Assembly (NCBI GenBank): GCA_001662655.1
Contig: KV460215.1
Source of the DNA: Pseudogymnoascus verrucosus
Taxonomy: Eukaryota
Strand: one strand, 5' to 3'
DNA length: 64,000 nt
In this document: positions 25,614 to 38,874 of the stretch, in pieces
Layout of the letters: every line of letters starts with the position of its first letter
How positions within the stretch are numbered: position 1 is the stretch's first letter
Made by a program: the position numbers and the translations under genes
Notes under the pieces: model-generated
Database searches by the model: none
What the model was told of the DNA's origin: nothing
The model's input: the letters and a program-made list of their open reading frames with translations, nothing else

Positions 25614-26210
25614 TGTGCTCTTTCCCGTGATGTGTTGGTGCTCTCGCTATGACCCTTCTTGTTGGGAATATCCTGTGTGGAATCAGCGGTTTACTGGTAG
25701 AAATAGTTGTATTGGGCGTTTCCCCAATTTGTGGGCTGAATGAATTACAGAAAAGACTAGTTTAACGGCCTCGATTGTGTGGGCGGCGATTTTTGAGATG
25801 TAAGAAAGAACAGTTGTGGAAGTATGAAGATAAGGGTCGACAGTGAGAGGGGAAGCTAGAGTTTTTGAACTGGGGTTGTTCCGTACACACGGCAAGGCCA
25901 ACACGCCAAATACACTCGAGTACTTAACCCCTACACAAACACAGGCATTGGCAGTATACTAGTGCTACCTAGTGTCATTAAAGCTCGTGTGTTTACTTGG
26001 GAGCTTAGATGCTATTGCGTATGTTTTCTGCCTAACATTGCTGATTCTAAGTCTAGATCGTGGAAGTCTAGATGCGCCCGCTGTTAGAAGGTATCATACA
26101 GGAGTATTCATCATACAGGGATATATATACAATTATGTAAACCCATCGTTGTTGATCTGTACGGAGACATAGAGAGTGGTTTATTTATATACCTCTAGGA
26201 ATTGGGTAAG

Positions 26211-27535
26211 CTATGGGCCATGGAACTCATAGCCTGGAAATCTACGACTGTAACTGTAATAAGTGTCTTCATCTTGAGTGTGGTGGTGAAACCCGGACGA
26301 CATAAATTCGTAAACGTTTTCAGCACCGTTCTCCCAAAGCTGCGTCTCAAGGCGCTCGACTTCTTCCAATGTCATTTTTTCTTCTTCCAACGTTATGTCT
26401 TCTTCTTGCACCGTCACGCCGTCGACTCTTCTACTACACCTGTCCTGTTCTATAATAAAATCCGGGAGCTCGTGCAGGACGGGAAAGTCAGCCTTGTGTT
26501 CCACTTTCAAGTTACCGATAGGCCCTTCCTGGCAATGCCAGCGCTGGCGAATTCGTCGCTCGATAGTGAATAGTGACGACGAACTCTCTTGGAAGTAGTG
26601 AGTATCCGGTTTCGCATAATGTGGATGCAACTTCGGAAGATTAAGCGCGACATCCATGTGCGGCATCGTTTCCTCTTCAGAGTGAGCCTGCGTGCGTGCT
26701 AATAGAGCAGCGATCATTGGACGCATAGCTACGCGCTCGTTGACGAATGACCACGAAGGTCTATCGTCGTGGTCTAACCAGATGTGGAGGCTGCGAAGTT
26801 GCGGAAGTTGGCAGATGGCCGGCCAGAGATGCTCCCACGCAGCGCATCCTACTGATACTGCTCTCGTGTGAGGACCAACTACCAAAACCAAGTCTTCATC
26901 TTCGTCTTTCTGTAGTACCTCGTAGAAGGCTAGTGGGAGTCGGAAGGCGATATTAAGTTTACGAATTCTGGGACTTATGTAGTCGCGGAGGTTCCAGGCG
27001 CAATTTGAGTCACTAATTAGCTCATTTGGCTTCAATAGCAACATTTCCAAGGTGTCTATATCCGTGACGTTGATCGCTGTTGTCTTAACAACAACGTTGC
27101 AGGCATCGAGAAACCTATCAGTGGGAAACGACTCTAAGCAAGGGGCGAGTTTAAGTGAGGAATAAAAGAAATTGTTTACATTTTCTTGCACACAAAAAAA
27201 AGGTCGTACGTATGATAACGGCGATGCTCGCGCAAGTCCGTCCTTTCTCTGTACGCAGCCTCCTCGCATTCCCAATGCACCCCCCATGTAGACCGGAGAC
27301 GGCGGGCCCACCCAGGATCATCCCGCCTCCAGTGAGTCGTAGTTACACGCTCGCGGCCATCATGACGGTCATCACCCAAGTTCGGTTGAAGGCATGCCGA
27401 CAGCTGAATTCTGCCCTGCCACAAAAAAGCGTGAGTCTGGCCGTGGAAGATCTGAGCGTATATTGCTTGACGAATCTCGACAGGCATCGACAGCAGTTTG
27501 CTCTCATGCTGCGAGTACACGTGTTGATCAAACAT
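26211..27535 (-). CDS. Hypothetical fungal protein with F-box-like N-terminal motif (DUF7730-like), 2 exons
   Basis: MFDQHVYSQHESKLLSMPVEIRQAIY. Intron at about 27116-27178 (AAAAT|gtaaac...tgatag|GTTT) joins the two ORFs. Contains WEHLWPAICQLPQLRSLHIWLDH. Confidence 0.65.
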
Positions 27536-27851
27536 ATTAGTTGAGGGGAAGATACAAAGTAGATGTTGTTGCTTTGCAAGGTGGGATATTTGGACAGCAA
27601 TTACAATTATCCCACGCGTTTCCCCGCACCACAATATGGACCCCTGTGCGTTAATTGTGGACCCCTGGAGCTTATTCCCCGCACTTCACTCGGCATCAGG
27701 CGACAGCTGCCACCGTCGGCTGAAAGAGCTCGGGCATCGGGCGAGCTTCACCGGGATATTTAGAAGGGCATCCCCACACATTTCAGACGCCTTCACAGTC
27801 ACGCAAACCCAACACCGGAGGAATGCGTAGCAATACGGACCGGTGACTGAG

Positions 27852-30800
27852 ATGGAGTCAGAGCCTCCTATCTCGAGCCAAGTGGACGACCGACCTGCCT
27901 GTGGAGCATGTCGCAAGCGTAAGCTTCGGTGCTCACGAGAAACGCCATTATGCAATCATTGCCGAAGACAAGGTAAGCTTGGTATCCCACAAGTCCAGTC
28001 CACAGCCAAGGAATCTTGGGTGTATTTGTATTCACAGGTTGGGTATCTAGGGTCGGTCTGCGCATACGACGGTGACCGCGATAAACCTGGTCTCAAAACT
28101 GGAGCAGTTGAAGCCTTGAGGAGACGAGTTGGTAAGCGAGCCATGAAGAGTTCGTCTCTGAAAATTACAAATTTAACAGTACAGGAATTAGACGCCCTTG
28201 AGGCTGCCGTTTTTGAGCAAGGCGCGGCCTCGGGTGAAGGCGAGCGGCCAGCCTATTATAGCAACAGAGATACGGCGTCAGCAATTCGTGATGGGCTGGA
28301 ATTGCTCTTTGAGCAACTGCAAGCTCAACCACGGCGGAAAAGGCGTTGGTCACAGACGTCTGAGGCTGCCGCTGCTCGGCGTGAACATGGAGATGTGCAG
28401 CAACTGCAACTGCAACTGCAACAACCACAGGCACAAACCGAGATCCCGTCTTTGCCGTCTAATAAACGGCGAAGAGCGGATACAGGATTGATTGAGCCAG
28501 ATGATTTGGATGATCTATCTGACAGTTTACCACCACCAGAGGTTCTCGAGGCAGTCATTGACCTATATTTTTTGTTAGTTCAGCCATGGATTCCAGTTTT
28601 CCATGAGAAGAGATTTCGCCGACGGCTGAAAGACCCTAACAACAAATATCGTTTGGAGGTGGTTCTGCACGCCATGTTGGTGGCGATGCTCAAGCATGTT
28701 GATCGCAGACAGATCACAGTAGATCTTGGCGATATCGAGAGCATCTGTGAACGGTCCCGTAAAATTGTAATTTTAACCGCGATGGATGAGTTGCATGTTG
28801 AGAATCTCCAGGCACTGGTCATTATATGCTTCGAAGATGTGCGTTCTCTCTCCCCTTCTATTTTAAGGCGGGCTAGTGAATTGACTTCTCCATTTTATAC
28901 AGATTGGGTCCGGAAGAGTCTCTCGTGCATGGCCACTTGTCGGCTCTTTAACAAGGACTGTAGAATATCTTCAACTAAGTGTTGAGTCCGAGGACCATGA
29001 TAATGGTCCAATGCTCCAGCCGCGGCCTTCGTTGCCCCCATCAGAAAACTGGGTAGAGGAAGAAGAACGGCGAAGGGTATTTTGGACAATTTTCAACTTG
29101 GATAGGTAAGTCCTCCGCCGTCATAAGAGTGCTTGCGAGAAGTAATTCTAACAGCACGGGTGGCAGGTTTTGTTCTGTGACCACTGGGTTTGTTTGACAT
29201 CCCCGATAAATTTCGGGCTTATGGACTAATTTTTGTAGTTGGAATACTAGCCTAACATCAAACGATGTCCATCGACGCCTACCGGCTGATGGGGGCCTGT
29301 GGCACAATGAAGAGGCAGTCACAACCCCCTTCTTTGGCATCTGGGACAAATCCGAAGGGAAAATTGGAAATCTCATCGCCTTTCTCCCAAGAGATTACAA
29401 TGCCGCTGAACCATCTCGAGATCGATATCGCCAAGGTGCAGAAAATATTCGCGAACCCGACGCATCAGAACAAAAGGTTGACTTGTCGACTGTGGGCGCA
29501 TTCGCGTATCGGGTTGAAGCGACCGAGTCGCTGAGTCGGGTTACGACGTTTTTCCTACAGCAGAAAATAAACTATCGCAATCGACAAGAAATGGGCAGCT
29601 GGCTCATGAGATTTAAGGAGTTGGATTTACGGTTGGTTAGGTATGCATGTTCTTTTTGCTCCTACGAGTGCTCCTCGCCACCCTCACCATCCCCGCTAAC
29701 CAATGTCTACAGCTGGAAAATGTTCCTACCACAGAAATGGAAAGATTCGAATATTTCACGCCAACCAACAGTGGTAACTATGGACCCGAATTTGACTCTT
29801 GCGCATATCACCCACAACACATCAATGATTTTGTTACATCAACGGATCGCCTACCCGCCTCTCGAGTGGCTTGAAGTTGTCAAGCTTCCAACACTATCTA
29901 GTGCGGAGACTTGTGAAGCTGCAGCTTCTGAGACGGCTAATATCACTCAAAAATATATGGACAACTCTCCTGCTCAGGCTGTTGTAGATAACCAGTTTGC
30001 ATTTTGCGTCTTTGTCAGTGCACGTGTTCTTTTAGGTTTGTTTCTAATGTCCTCGTGCGACCAGGTGTTGCATTCAGTTTACGTACTGATATAATATCAT
30101 AGTTCACTGGCGCTACTACAAAACGGACCTCTCTAAAGATTACTGGACTCTAATGAAGTTTCTCGATATCATGTCAGGACGCTGGTCAGGCCAAAATCGC
30201 GCACAACCCGCAAGCCAACAAAATTCTACTGCTAAGTACTTCAACCAGCTAAACGATATATACAACAAGTGTATAATCGATCGGTCGTTTAAGTTAGATG
30301 TTCTTGGGTACTCAAATGAGATTGAATGGACAGGAAAAAGAGTTGTTTCTCGAGATAGCCAGAATGGGCACGGTGTGCGGGAAGGAGATGGTAGAGACGC
30401 CAGCGAAGTAGAGACTGCCCGTATCGACGCGGCTATGAGTACGAATGGCGATCATCAAAGTGCACAGGTTCGCCATGTGCCAGGGATGTCTCCGTTTCAG
30501 CGGCGACCAAGCGACGCCCCAGCTTATATGGGCGTTTCGTCACTGAATGACTCCTCGTCGGATATCCCACAACAACCTGTGCATAGTTTACACTCGGAGC
30601 CCTCCTCGGCGTATCATCCCTCTCAATTTATGGACGCCCAGGGGCCAGGTATACTTAATTCTAGCGACGGAAACTCAAACAATGCAGCAAATAATCCGAT
30701 GATGTTAAACTCGCCTTCTGCGCGGATGGGCTACAACACAGGAAGCCCGGATGAATTAACCGCGGTTACGTCGATTCTGCTAGACCAGCAGTACTCGGAA

Positions 30801-30863
30801 ATGGACAGGATTATTAGTTTGAACAACGCGTATTTTGCGTCAGATGTAGCATACATCCAGTAG
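27852..30863 (+). CDS. Zn2Cys6 transcription factor with fungal-specific TF (Fungal_trans) middle domain, multi-exon
   Basis: [22 protein letters not shown]...(intron)...[44 protein letters not shown]. Several GT-AG introns. Confidence 0.88.
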
Positions 30864-31232
30864 AACGGCTTTTCAATTTGTTTCTTACTTGATGGCTTCT
30901 TTTATTAAAATACATGCATTTAAGTGTGAAATAATTCCAGAATTACGATTATTTAAACTATGAAATGACTCAAAAGAGCCTGGTGGTTCCATTAAAGAGG
31001 ACTATATATACGTACATGTATGGTATTCTATTTTAAACAACTGTATGTAAGGCAAAGTAGCTATTCCAAGGGAACCGGCAAGGATTCCGAGCTCTCCAAA
31101 CTCCTCCGAGACTTAGTCCGATAGACCCCGCCACGTAAGGAAAATAACAAACAGAGCTCCCCATATATAATTATCGCCACGGAGTAAAAACAGTGCAGAA
31201 TAACAACACATTAAAAAGCGTATACTATCAAG

Positions 31233-33571
31233 ATGCCACCACTTCCCGGATTCTCAGACAATCCGTTGAAGGACAGGGACGATATCATTCAAGCTGCAAT
31301 CGCATTCATCAAGCCACTACACCAACACATTTCTCCAAGCGGAGCATTCGTCCGTCTGCCTACCTCAACCGGTGCTCACTTTGACGAGGGCGCAGCACGC
31401 CTCGAAGGCTATGCGCGCCCACTCTGGGTGGTTTCAACCCTGCTACATTCAGTGCAGTCTGATCAGGCCCACGCCGAGACAATCAGGTCACTAGCTCAGC
31501 CATGGATTAACGGTATATGTGCAGGAACAAACCCAGATCACCCCGAATACTGGGGTTCCATTTATAATGGCGATCAACGCATGGTTGAGGCCGAAGTTAT
31601 TGCCTGCGCATTGCTTTTCGCGCCAAAAGAGTTCTTCCATTCGCTTGAGGAAACGGCTCAAGCTAACATCGTATCATGGCTGCGTGGTATGAATGGAAAG
31701 GACATGCCATTGAATAACTGGAGATGGTTTCGTGTCTTCTCCAACCTGGCATTGGTACTCGTTGCGGGTATTCCTCATGCGGAAGTGAAAGAGGAGATGG
31801 AGCGAGATCTAGCCGTCGTCGATTCATTTTATATTAGCCAAGGCTGGTCGGGAGATGGGCCGTGGAAGACACCTGAGCAAGAAGCAGAAGAGGAGAGAGA
31901 AAGCGCCGAACATCGGCGGCGTGATAGGATTGGATGCGGGCGCCAAGCTGACTACTATTCTGGTAGCTTTGCTATCCAATTCAGTCAATTGCTGTATTCT
32001 AAGTTTGCGGTCAGCTTAGATCCTGAACGAACAGCGACGTACCAGCAGCGGGCTCGAGACTACGGAAGTTCCTTCTGGAGATACTTTGACGCGAGTGGTA
32101 AGTTGTTACTAGCCATCAACAGTTGAGTCGTAAATACAATTTATAACAATGAATACTAACAATGAGTACGCAGGCGCCGCTATTCCGTTTGGACGCTCTC
32201 TGACATATCGTTTTGCATGTGGCGGCTTCTTTGCTGCGCTTGCAGTCGCTGAAGTTCCAGATATGCCCACTCCTGTATCGTCACCGGGCGAAGTCAAGGG
32301 ATTTCTACTTCGACACCTTCGGTGGTGGGCCCAGCACTCCGATGATATCTTCTATCCCGACGGGACTATGAATATTGGATATATGTACCCGTAAGTTGAA
32401 ACAAATAACCCACCAGTTTCCCGCTAATACAAGTACTAGAAACATGTATATGGCTGAAGACTACAACTCTCCTCAATCAGTCTATTGGAGTCTTAAGTCC
32501 ATGGTTGTAATATGTTTGGGAAAAGACCACGAATTCTGGTCTACCCCAGAAGCTCCGTATCCCGTCTTTTCTTCCGTTAATAAGGCCGACTTGGAGAGCT
32601 CTACCCTAGAAGACATTGCCCCCGTTGAGGTGATCCCCCCACCAAATCAAATTCTATGCAATCAGCCACATGGTGGCCACCACTTCCTTCTGTCACCGGG
32701 TCAATTTGTTGCTTGGCCTATGAAAGCAAACCAGGCGAAATACTCCAAATTTGCCTACTCGTCTGCCTTCAGTTTTAGTGTTCCTACGGGTCCGCTAATC
32801 CAACAGATTGCACCCGACAGTATGTTGGCCCTTAGCCGGGACGGCGCATCTACGTGGGCTGTGAAATGGAAATGCTCACCAGTTCAGTTTTCGACTACGA
32901 AATTACAGTTAGAGTCATCGTCGATTGCAGAGACGGTACCACTGGCGCGTGTAGAATGGCGTCCCTGGGAAGACGGGCAAGTGAGTGTCACAACGACACT
33001 TATCCCGCCAACCAGACGCTGGCCTGATTGGCATGTCCGTATCCATCGGATACGACTCGGTCGCCCGGAGAAGCTCGACAGTTTACATCTGCTAGAAGGC
33101 GGGTTTGCCATCTCCCGGGTTCCAGCCAGCAGCAGCAAGAGGAACCTTCCACTACTATCAGATGATGATTCTTCCCTATTGAATATCAAAACTGGGGGGG
33201 AAGGGGTCTACTCGTCGAGTACCAGCGCTCTCGTCTTATCCGCGGCTGGTGCAAGCGGTATTCGCGGCATTGCTAGCCGTTCTGGTGACACGCCTATTAC
33301 GACTGAGCATGATGCAATGAAGCCAGACTCTAACACCAATTTGACCGCTCAAAGAACATTTATTCCCATTACAACTCACGAGATCTTCGACTTTGACTCG
33401 ACGTCCGAGATTGAGTTGGTGACAAGCGTATTCGCTATCTCGACGCCAAATGATACACACACGAATGGCAGGACGCTTCGGGAGAGATACTTGGACATTC
33501 CTAGGATTCATATTCAGGGCCGACAAACTTCATTAGAGTCAACTCAAGATAGCATTATCATTGACGGATAG
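31233..33571 (+). CDS. DUF2264 family protein (probable GH154-related glycosidase), intracellular, 3 exons
   Basis: [77 protein letters not shown]. Introns at about 32098-32173 and 32390-32440. The GH154 link is from memory of the family and needs an HMM check. Confidence 0.82.
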
Positions 33572-33842
33572 GAGTGATAGATATATGGAAATGTAGCTTT
33601 AGGTCACTTGTAATCAAATCTTAAAACATGATTTCGAACGGATTTCTCACATGAATTTATACTTGTTTCAGCCAACTCACATTTCGCGCTACCTAACCGT
33701 GAGTGCCTTCTTCGCATCCAGTTTATTTCTACCATCTGCGCACTGAATTTATGTATGTATTGAGACTCTAAATATATATAAATGAGTAAGGTATCAGTTC
33801 GAATTCCCTGTCTGGCTGTACATTTCCAACACAGCGTATGCA

Positions 33843-35522
33843 TTATAAGAGGCCCATCCTCAAAAGCTGATTGCCAAATTCTAGCAGATAATAATCAGCA
33901 TATACGAGACCGTGATTGCTGTAACGATCATGATCATTGGAATTGTGATTGGCTGTGGCATTCTTCAAAATAGCGTCAAATCGTTGGCCTGCCACGGCAT
34001 CTTCGACGCGGATCTTCTCTGGGCCACCCGTGTGGTCCGCAAATCTAGCCTTTTCAGTCGACAGAGAGAATTCCAGGGTGTCAGTGACAATTCTTATTGC
34101 TGCGGAACGGTATCTCTCTGCCAGAATTTCGTCGCCAAGTTCCACCATAGACTGCGACAGAAGCAACATGCCATTGGCGGCAATGACGCCCGCTGAAGAA
34201 TCTCGGAGAGGGTTGGATTCGTCTTCGATTGGAGCATCGAAATCCCATAACGGCACATAACGACCAATAGTTGGTGATCCGGATCCAGCGGTTGGCCGCT
34301 CGACACAGGCTGGTGACGTCTCCAATCTCCACAGGAAATACTCTGCCATGCCGCACGCCGTGGAGAGAAACTCTCTATCCCTGGACCAATTATACGTCTG
34401 CGCGTATCCGAAAATACCCCATGCCTGACCACGGGCCCAAGTTGACTCTGCACTATAACCTTGGGCTGTGCGACGCTCTTTTACTTCTCCAGTTTGTGCG
34501 TCAAAGTTGATGACGTGGTAATGAGAGTAGAGCATGCCCTTATATCGCGTATCCGTTCGGCCTGGTGGTGTTTCTGGCCTAAGATTTGATTTTATGAGTG
34601 TCTTCGCGTGCGTGATGGCGATTTCAGCGTAAACTGGGTCTGAAAAATGCGACGAGGCGTAGAACAGCAAATCAAGATTCATCATACTGTCTATAATGAC
34701 CAAAAAGTCTTGTGTCATACTGGTGATTGAGACATCTGCTTGACTCAACACATCCCAACTGCGGATTGCGCTCACAGCAGGGCTATACCGGCTGGCAAGG
34801 CTTTTTGCCGCAGTTAAAACAGCCTGCAGACTGTTCTCGTTACTCGTTAGCTCCCAATCCTTTCTTACTGATGGCTGAATGATAAACCCCATATCGTGGG
34901 TGTCTATTCGCGACTTCATTGCCTCCACAGGTCCAGTCCAGTCCTTGCATAGAGAAATAAGTTCCTGGCGAAGTAATGAACTCGAAAAGTGAAGGCTGTC
35001 CTTTTCGTGACCGAGATACGGGAACACTCGTGGATACTTGACTGCGCGCTCTCGCAATAGATATAGGATACCAGGAAAGAAGCCACACGTCCAAAAATCT
35101 GCATCTCGCAGAAAATATTTCCCTGCATCCTCGCCTCTCTGTGGAACAAACTCGGGATACACTGTGGGCGGATTCTAATGAAAATAGTTAGAAAATTAAC
35201 CAAAATTACATCTTGGCTGGACTTGTACATTATTTCCCAGTGCTTCTATTGCCACTCTTAGTGTCTTAGCAAGGATATTCTCTGAGAATATCTCTAGAAG
35301 TTTTTCCATATTATAGGACTCATTCGGAGACTGTGATGTGACCATTTCCCCAGACTGGTAGTCTGATACCGATGTATCACTTGGAGGGGTTTTCAGCGCA
35401 CTGTGGTCCGACTCGTCTTTTGATTCTCCGGAACTGATCGGAGAGGCCATATCGAGCGCTTCCTGATTGAGCACAAGAGAATCATGTGGTTGTATCGAAG
35501 TTGGAATATCCGAAGTGGACAT
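33843..35522 (-). CDS. GH88 unsaturated glucuronyl hydrolase, intracellular, 2 exons
   Basis: DFWTCGFFPG, DTHDMGF, VIIDSMMNLDLL, TAQGYSAESTWARGQAW, WDFDAP, RDSSAG, YADYYLLE. Intron 35175-35228. Confidence 0.92.
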
Positions 35523-35781
35523 GATTTGTGATTTGCTGAGTTAGGCTGTTCGTCAGAGCAGTAAGGTAACTTCACAGTTGAAAATTCTCAATGTGAATAA
35601 AAGCAACGAGTAGATGGTTAGTCTCTTTTTACGCCCTCCTACATTTATGGTGCCACCTTTCATTACCTTCAACGGCCGATATAATTCTCTAGTCTGTGAT
35701 TGGGAATCGAACTTTGAGCCAGTCAGTGCGAGTCCTACATCGGAAAAAATGTCCCCGGGCACATTTGCCCGACGCACGTTG

Positions 35782-35985
35782 CCCCGCATCCGTCCCATCC
35801 CAATTTGGCGATAGCTCCGCGCGCAAGATACGCCGACCTTTTTCCCACGCGATTGACAATTGAACACCAAAGCTTTTGCGTGACAGCTCCGACGATGCCC
35901 ATAATTAATTCGCGGAGTATAGAGGTCCACGCGCCAGATTAGCCTTAACCCCACATCCCAGCCCTCGGTTTGTCGAATTGCGGGG
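35782..35985. promoter_or_regulatory. Cluster of CreA-type (SYGGRG) carbon-catabolite repression sites in the GH88/transporter divergent promoter
   Basis: CCCCGC 35782, CTCCGC 35815, GCGGAG 35912, CCCCAC 35949 and GCGGGG 35980: five sites in about 200 bp. Confidence 0.45.
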
Positions 35986-36085
35986 AATGCTTATAAGAAA
36001 GCCTCATGAGACCGTCCCCAATGATAAATATTTTCTCCCATACAATTCCGCTGAGCCAAGAGGACTGCTACATCCAAGAGGAGCC

Positions 36086-37690
36086 ATGGCAGACTTCGCA
36101 CACTCCGACAACTTCGAGGGACTGCAACTTAAAGATGTAATCCCACAAGGGCGCAAGCCATGGTACAAGGACACGACACTCATCAAGCTCAATACTCTTA
36201 TGTTATGTGCCCTCATCACCCAAATCGCCTCCGGGTATGACAGCAGTATGCTCAATGGGATGCAATCCCTTCCTGAGTGGAAGGCTTACTTCGGCAAACC
36301 AACTGGAACCCGGCTTGGTGCCATGACGTTTGGCCCTACCGGCGGCACTTTGATTTCCGTTTTGGTTTCATCACAGCTTTGCGAGCGATTTGGTCGACGA
36401 TACCCAATTTGTGGAGGTTCTCTAATTATCATATTTGGTTCGATTTTACAGACTACTGCCGTGAACTACAGCATGTTCGTTGCTTCGCGGTTCTTTGTCG
36501 GATTTGGTCTCGGAATTGTGGCTACGGCTGCCCCACCGCTTCTGAGTGAGGTCGCATATCCTACACATCGCGGCAAACTGGTCTCGTTCTACCTTGTCAC
36601 CTGGCCACTGGGATCACTTATTGCGGCATGGGTCACATTCGGGACACGCACGATGACCGGTTCTTCGTGGACTTGGAGGCTCCCAAGCGTTCTTCAATGC
36701 TTTTTCTCACTCGTCCAGGCGGTGTTGAGTCTCTTTGCGCCAGAGTCCCCTCGATGGCTCATCTACAACAATCGCAGCCAGGAAGCATTGGATATCTTGA
36801 CCAAATATCATGCAGATGGAGACTCAAACTCACGACTGGTACGATTTGAAATGGCTGAGATCACTGCGACATTAGAAGTTGAAAAGGTGCAAAAGATGTC
36901 TCGCTGGGCCGAATGGATTTCCACCAAGGGCAATCGACACCGCCTCTTTCTTGCCCTCTTTATCCCCGCCATGCTACAATGGTCCGGCAACGGTCTGACC
37001 TCGTACTACCTTGCCAAGGTACTCACAACGATCAACATCACCGACTCCAAAACTCAGCTTATCATCAACGCCTGCCTTTCCGTGTGGAGTTTTCTTACAG
37101 CCTGTTTTTTTGCCACTCTCGTCGATCGAATGGGCCGCCGGCGTCTCTTTCTCTACGGTATGGGCGGCATGGGGATATCCTATATCATCTGGACTATCTG
37201 CTCCGCTACCTACGAGCAAAGGGGTTTCAAAGGCAAGGGGTTTGCGGCTGCGGTGTTGCTCATGATCTTCGTCTTTAGTGCCTGCTACCATATGTGCTCG
37301 CCAGTGGCGCCGACGTACATCATGGAAGTTGTACCGTACTCTCTTCGCGCGAAGGCATCCATGTTGTATCAACTAACCGGCAATCTTGCTGGTATCTACA
37401 ACAGCTTCGCCAACCCAGTTGCAATGGATGCGATCTCATGGAAGTACTATATCGTCTGGTGCGTCGTCATTGGTATAAACTTCACTTTGATTTTCTTCTT
37501 TTTCCCAGAAACGAAAGGGTTGGGTCTCGAAGAAGTAGCAGAAATTTTCGACGGACCTGATGCTCTATTTGGTATGAATGCGATGAGAGAAATGGGTCTT
37601 GATGTTAATGCGGACAAGTCTATGGCAATTGGGGATGATCAAGGGTCTATGACAGGAAAGAAGGAAGTTTCACATACTGAGAAGGCTTGA
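36086..37690 (+). CDS. Sugar porter (MFS), lactose/cellodextrin-permease-like, intronless
   Basis: GYDSSMLNGMQ, ERFGRR, EVAYPTHRG, WRLPS, PESPRWL, QWSGN, DRMGRR, FPETKG. Confidence 0.9.
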   Translation: MADFAHSDNFEGLQLKDVIPQGRKPWYKDTTLIKLNTLMLCALITQIASGYDSSMLNGMQSLPEWKAYFGKPTGTRLGAMTFGPTGGTLISVLVSSQLCERFGRRYPICGGSLIIIFGSILQTTAVNYSMFVASRFFVGFGLGIVATAAPPLLSEVAYPTHRGKLVSFYLVTWPLGSLIAAWVTFGTRTMTGSSWTWRLPSVLQCFFSLVQAVLSLFAPESPRWLIYNNRSQEALDILTKYHADGDSNSRLVRFEMAEITATLEVEKVQKMSRWAEWISTKGNRHRLFLALFIPAMLQWSGNGLTSYYLAKVLTTINITDSKTQLIINACLSVWSFLTACFFATLVDRMGRRRLFLYGMGGMGISYIIWTICSATYEQRGFKGKGFAAAVLLMIFVFSACYHMCSPVAPTYIMEVVPYSLRAKASMLYQLTGNLAGIYNSFANPVAMDAISWKYYIVWCVVIGINFTLIFFFFPETKGLGLEEVAEIFDGPDALFGMNAMREMGLDVNADKSMAIGDDQGSMTGKKEVSHTEKA

Positions 37691-38874
37691 ACACCAATTA
37701 TTATCTTCCCCATATAGTCATCGATATTACCCAGACAATACAAGAATTTTGAATAAACAGTCGTTGTCAATCCTGAAACTAGAGCCAACGCTCCCATTTC
37801 GATTCGTAAAATCGACCACCATGCCAATTGCGATGTCCAAACTCCTCTCATATGATGGCTCTGAACACCATCTAATATTGTTTCATTCACCGTACAAGAA
37901 AGTCGCCGGAGTTACTACTAACCCCGCGTTTTGGATTACCTCTCTAATGATTATTCCACCCCTACTGCCAGTCTTAAACAGAGTTACCGCCCCACTGTTG
38001 GCCCCCATAGCACTAGCGATGCTCTAGAACCCCTATTCGCGGGGAACATAGTCTATTCCGTCCTTCTGAAGTAATGTGCCGCGGGCGCGCCATTTACAAC
38101 GTATACCCTAGAGCTAGTTAGGCACATAACGACGACTTGGGCAATGTTTTTGACGGCTTAGGGGCCGAGCCAGATCAGTTTCGGGTGGGTTCATAACAAT
38201 AGCGGGGATTATGCCCGAGGCCAATGATAGAGTCAACAGCGAGTTTGTATGGGCGAGAGTGCTTGGCTATGCGCAGTAGCTTTCGAGGCAGATGCGGACC
38301 AAGGGGGTGGGAGACAGTGTTTCCATCGCGTATAAATAGCGAGTCTTGGTGGAAATACTACTAATAATGTTGGAGGCTGTGCTGGCGCTTTAGACTCAAA
38401 GGTGGATAAATGTACAGTACAGCCGCCAATGAGGATTCGTGTGTAATCTAACAAGCATAAAATCTTGATTTACGCCAGAGCCGACAAATAAACACGATGC
38501 CACCCAATTAACAGAGAATTGGGGTAAAATCCTACGGCGGCTGAGGAGTTTCCATGCGAACATGCATCGAGTGCCACAACGCCCCTTACTCGACAGCAAA
38601 AAGTAAGGCTTGTCTGTGTGACACGGGTGCCTGCTTCAGTAATACAAAATGATGCCAAAGGTGGCAAGGCAAGAAATATTAGCATAATACAGCATTTAGT
38701 TAGGCTGCAGAATATCTAATGGACCTACGTATTTTGTGTGCCCCTTTGTCACTCTGATTTTTGGCTTGAATTTGGCAAACTCCGCACCAATCTAATATTT
38801 TCCAGCCCCGATGAGACACTTATTTTAGGTCGATCTGGAGATTTAGAGCCAATAGCTCCAACATGTACTGGTAT

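Noticed and set aside
27116..27311. Apparent frameshift between the two overlapping minus-strand ORFs
   Set aside because: Explained by a GT-AG intron (about 27116-27178) that restores the frame.
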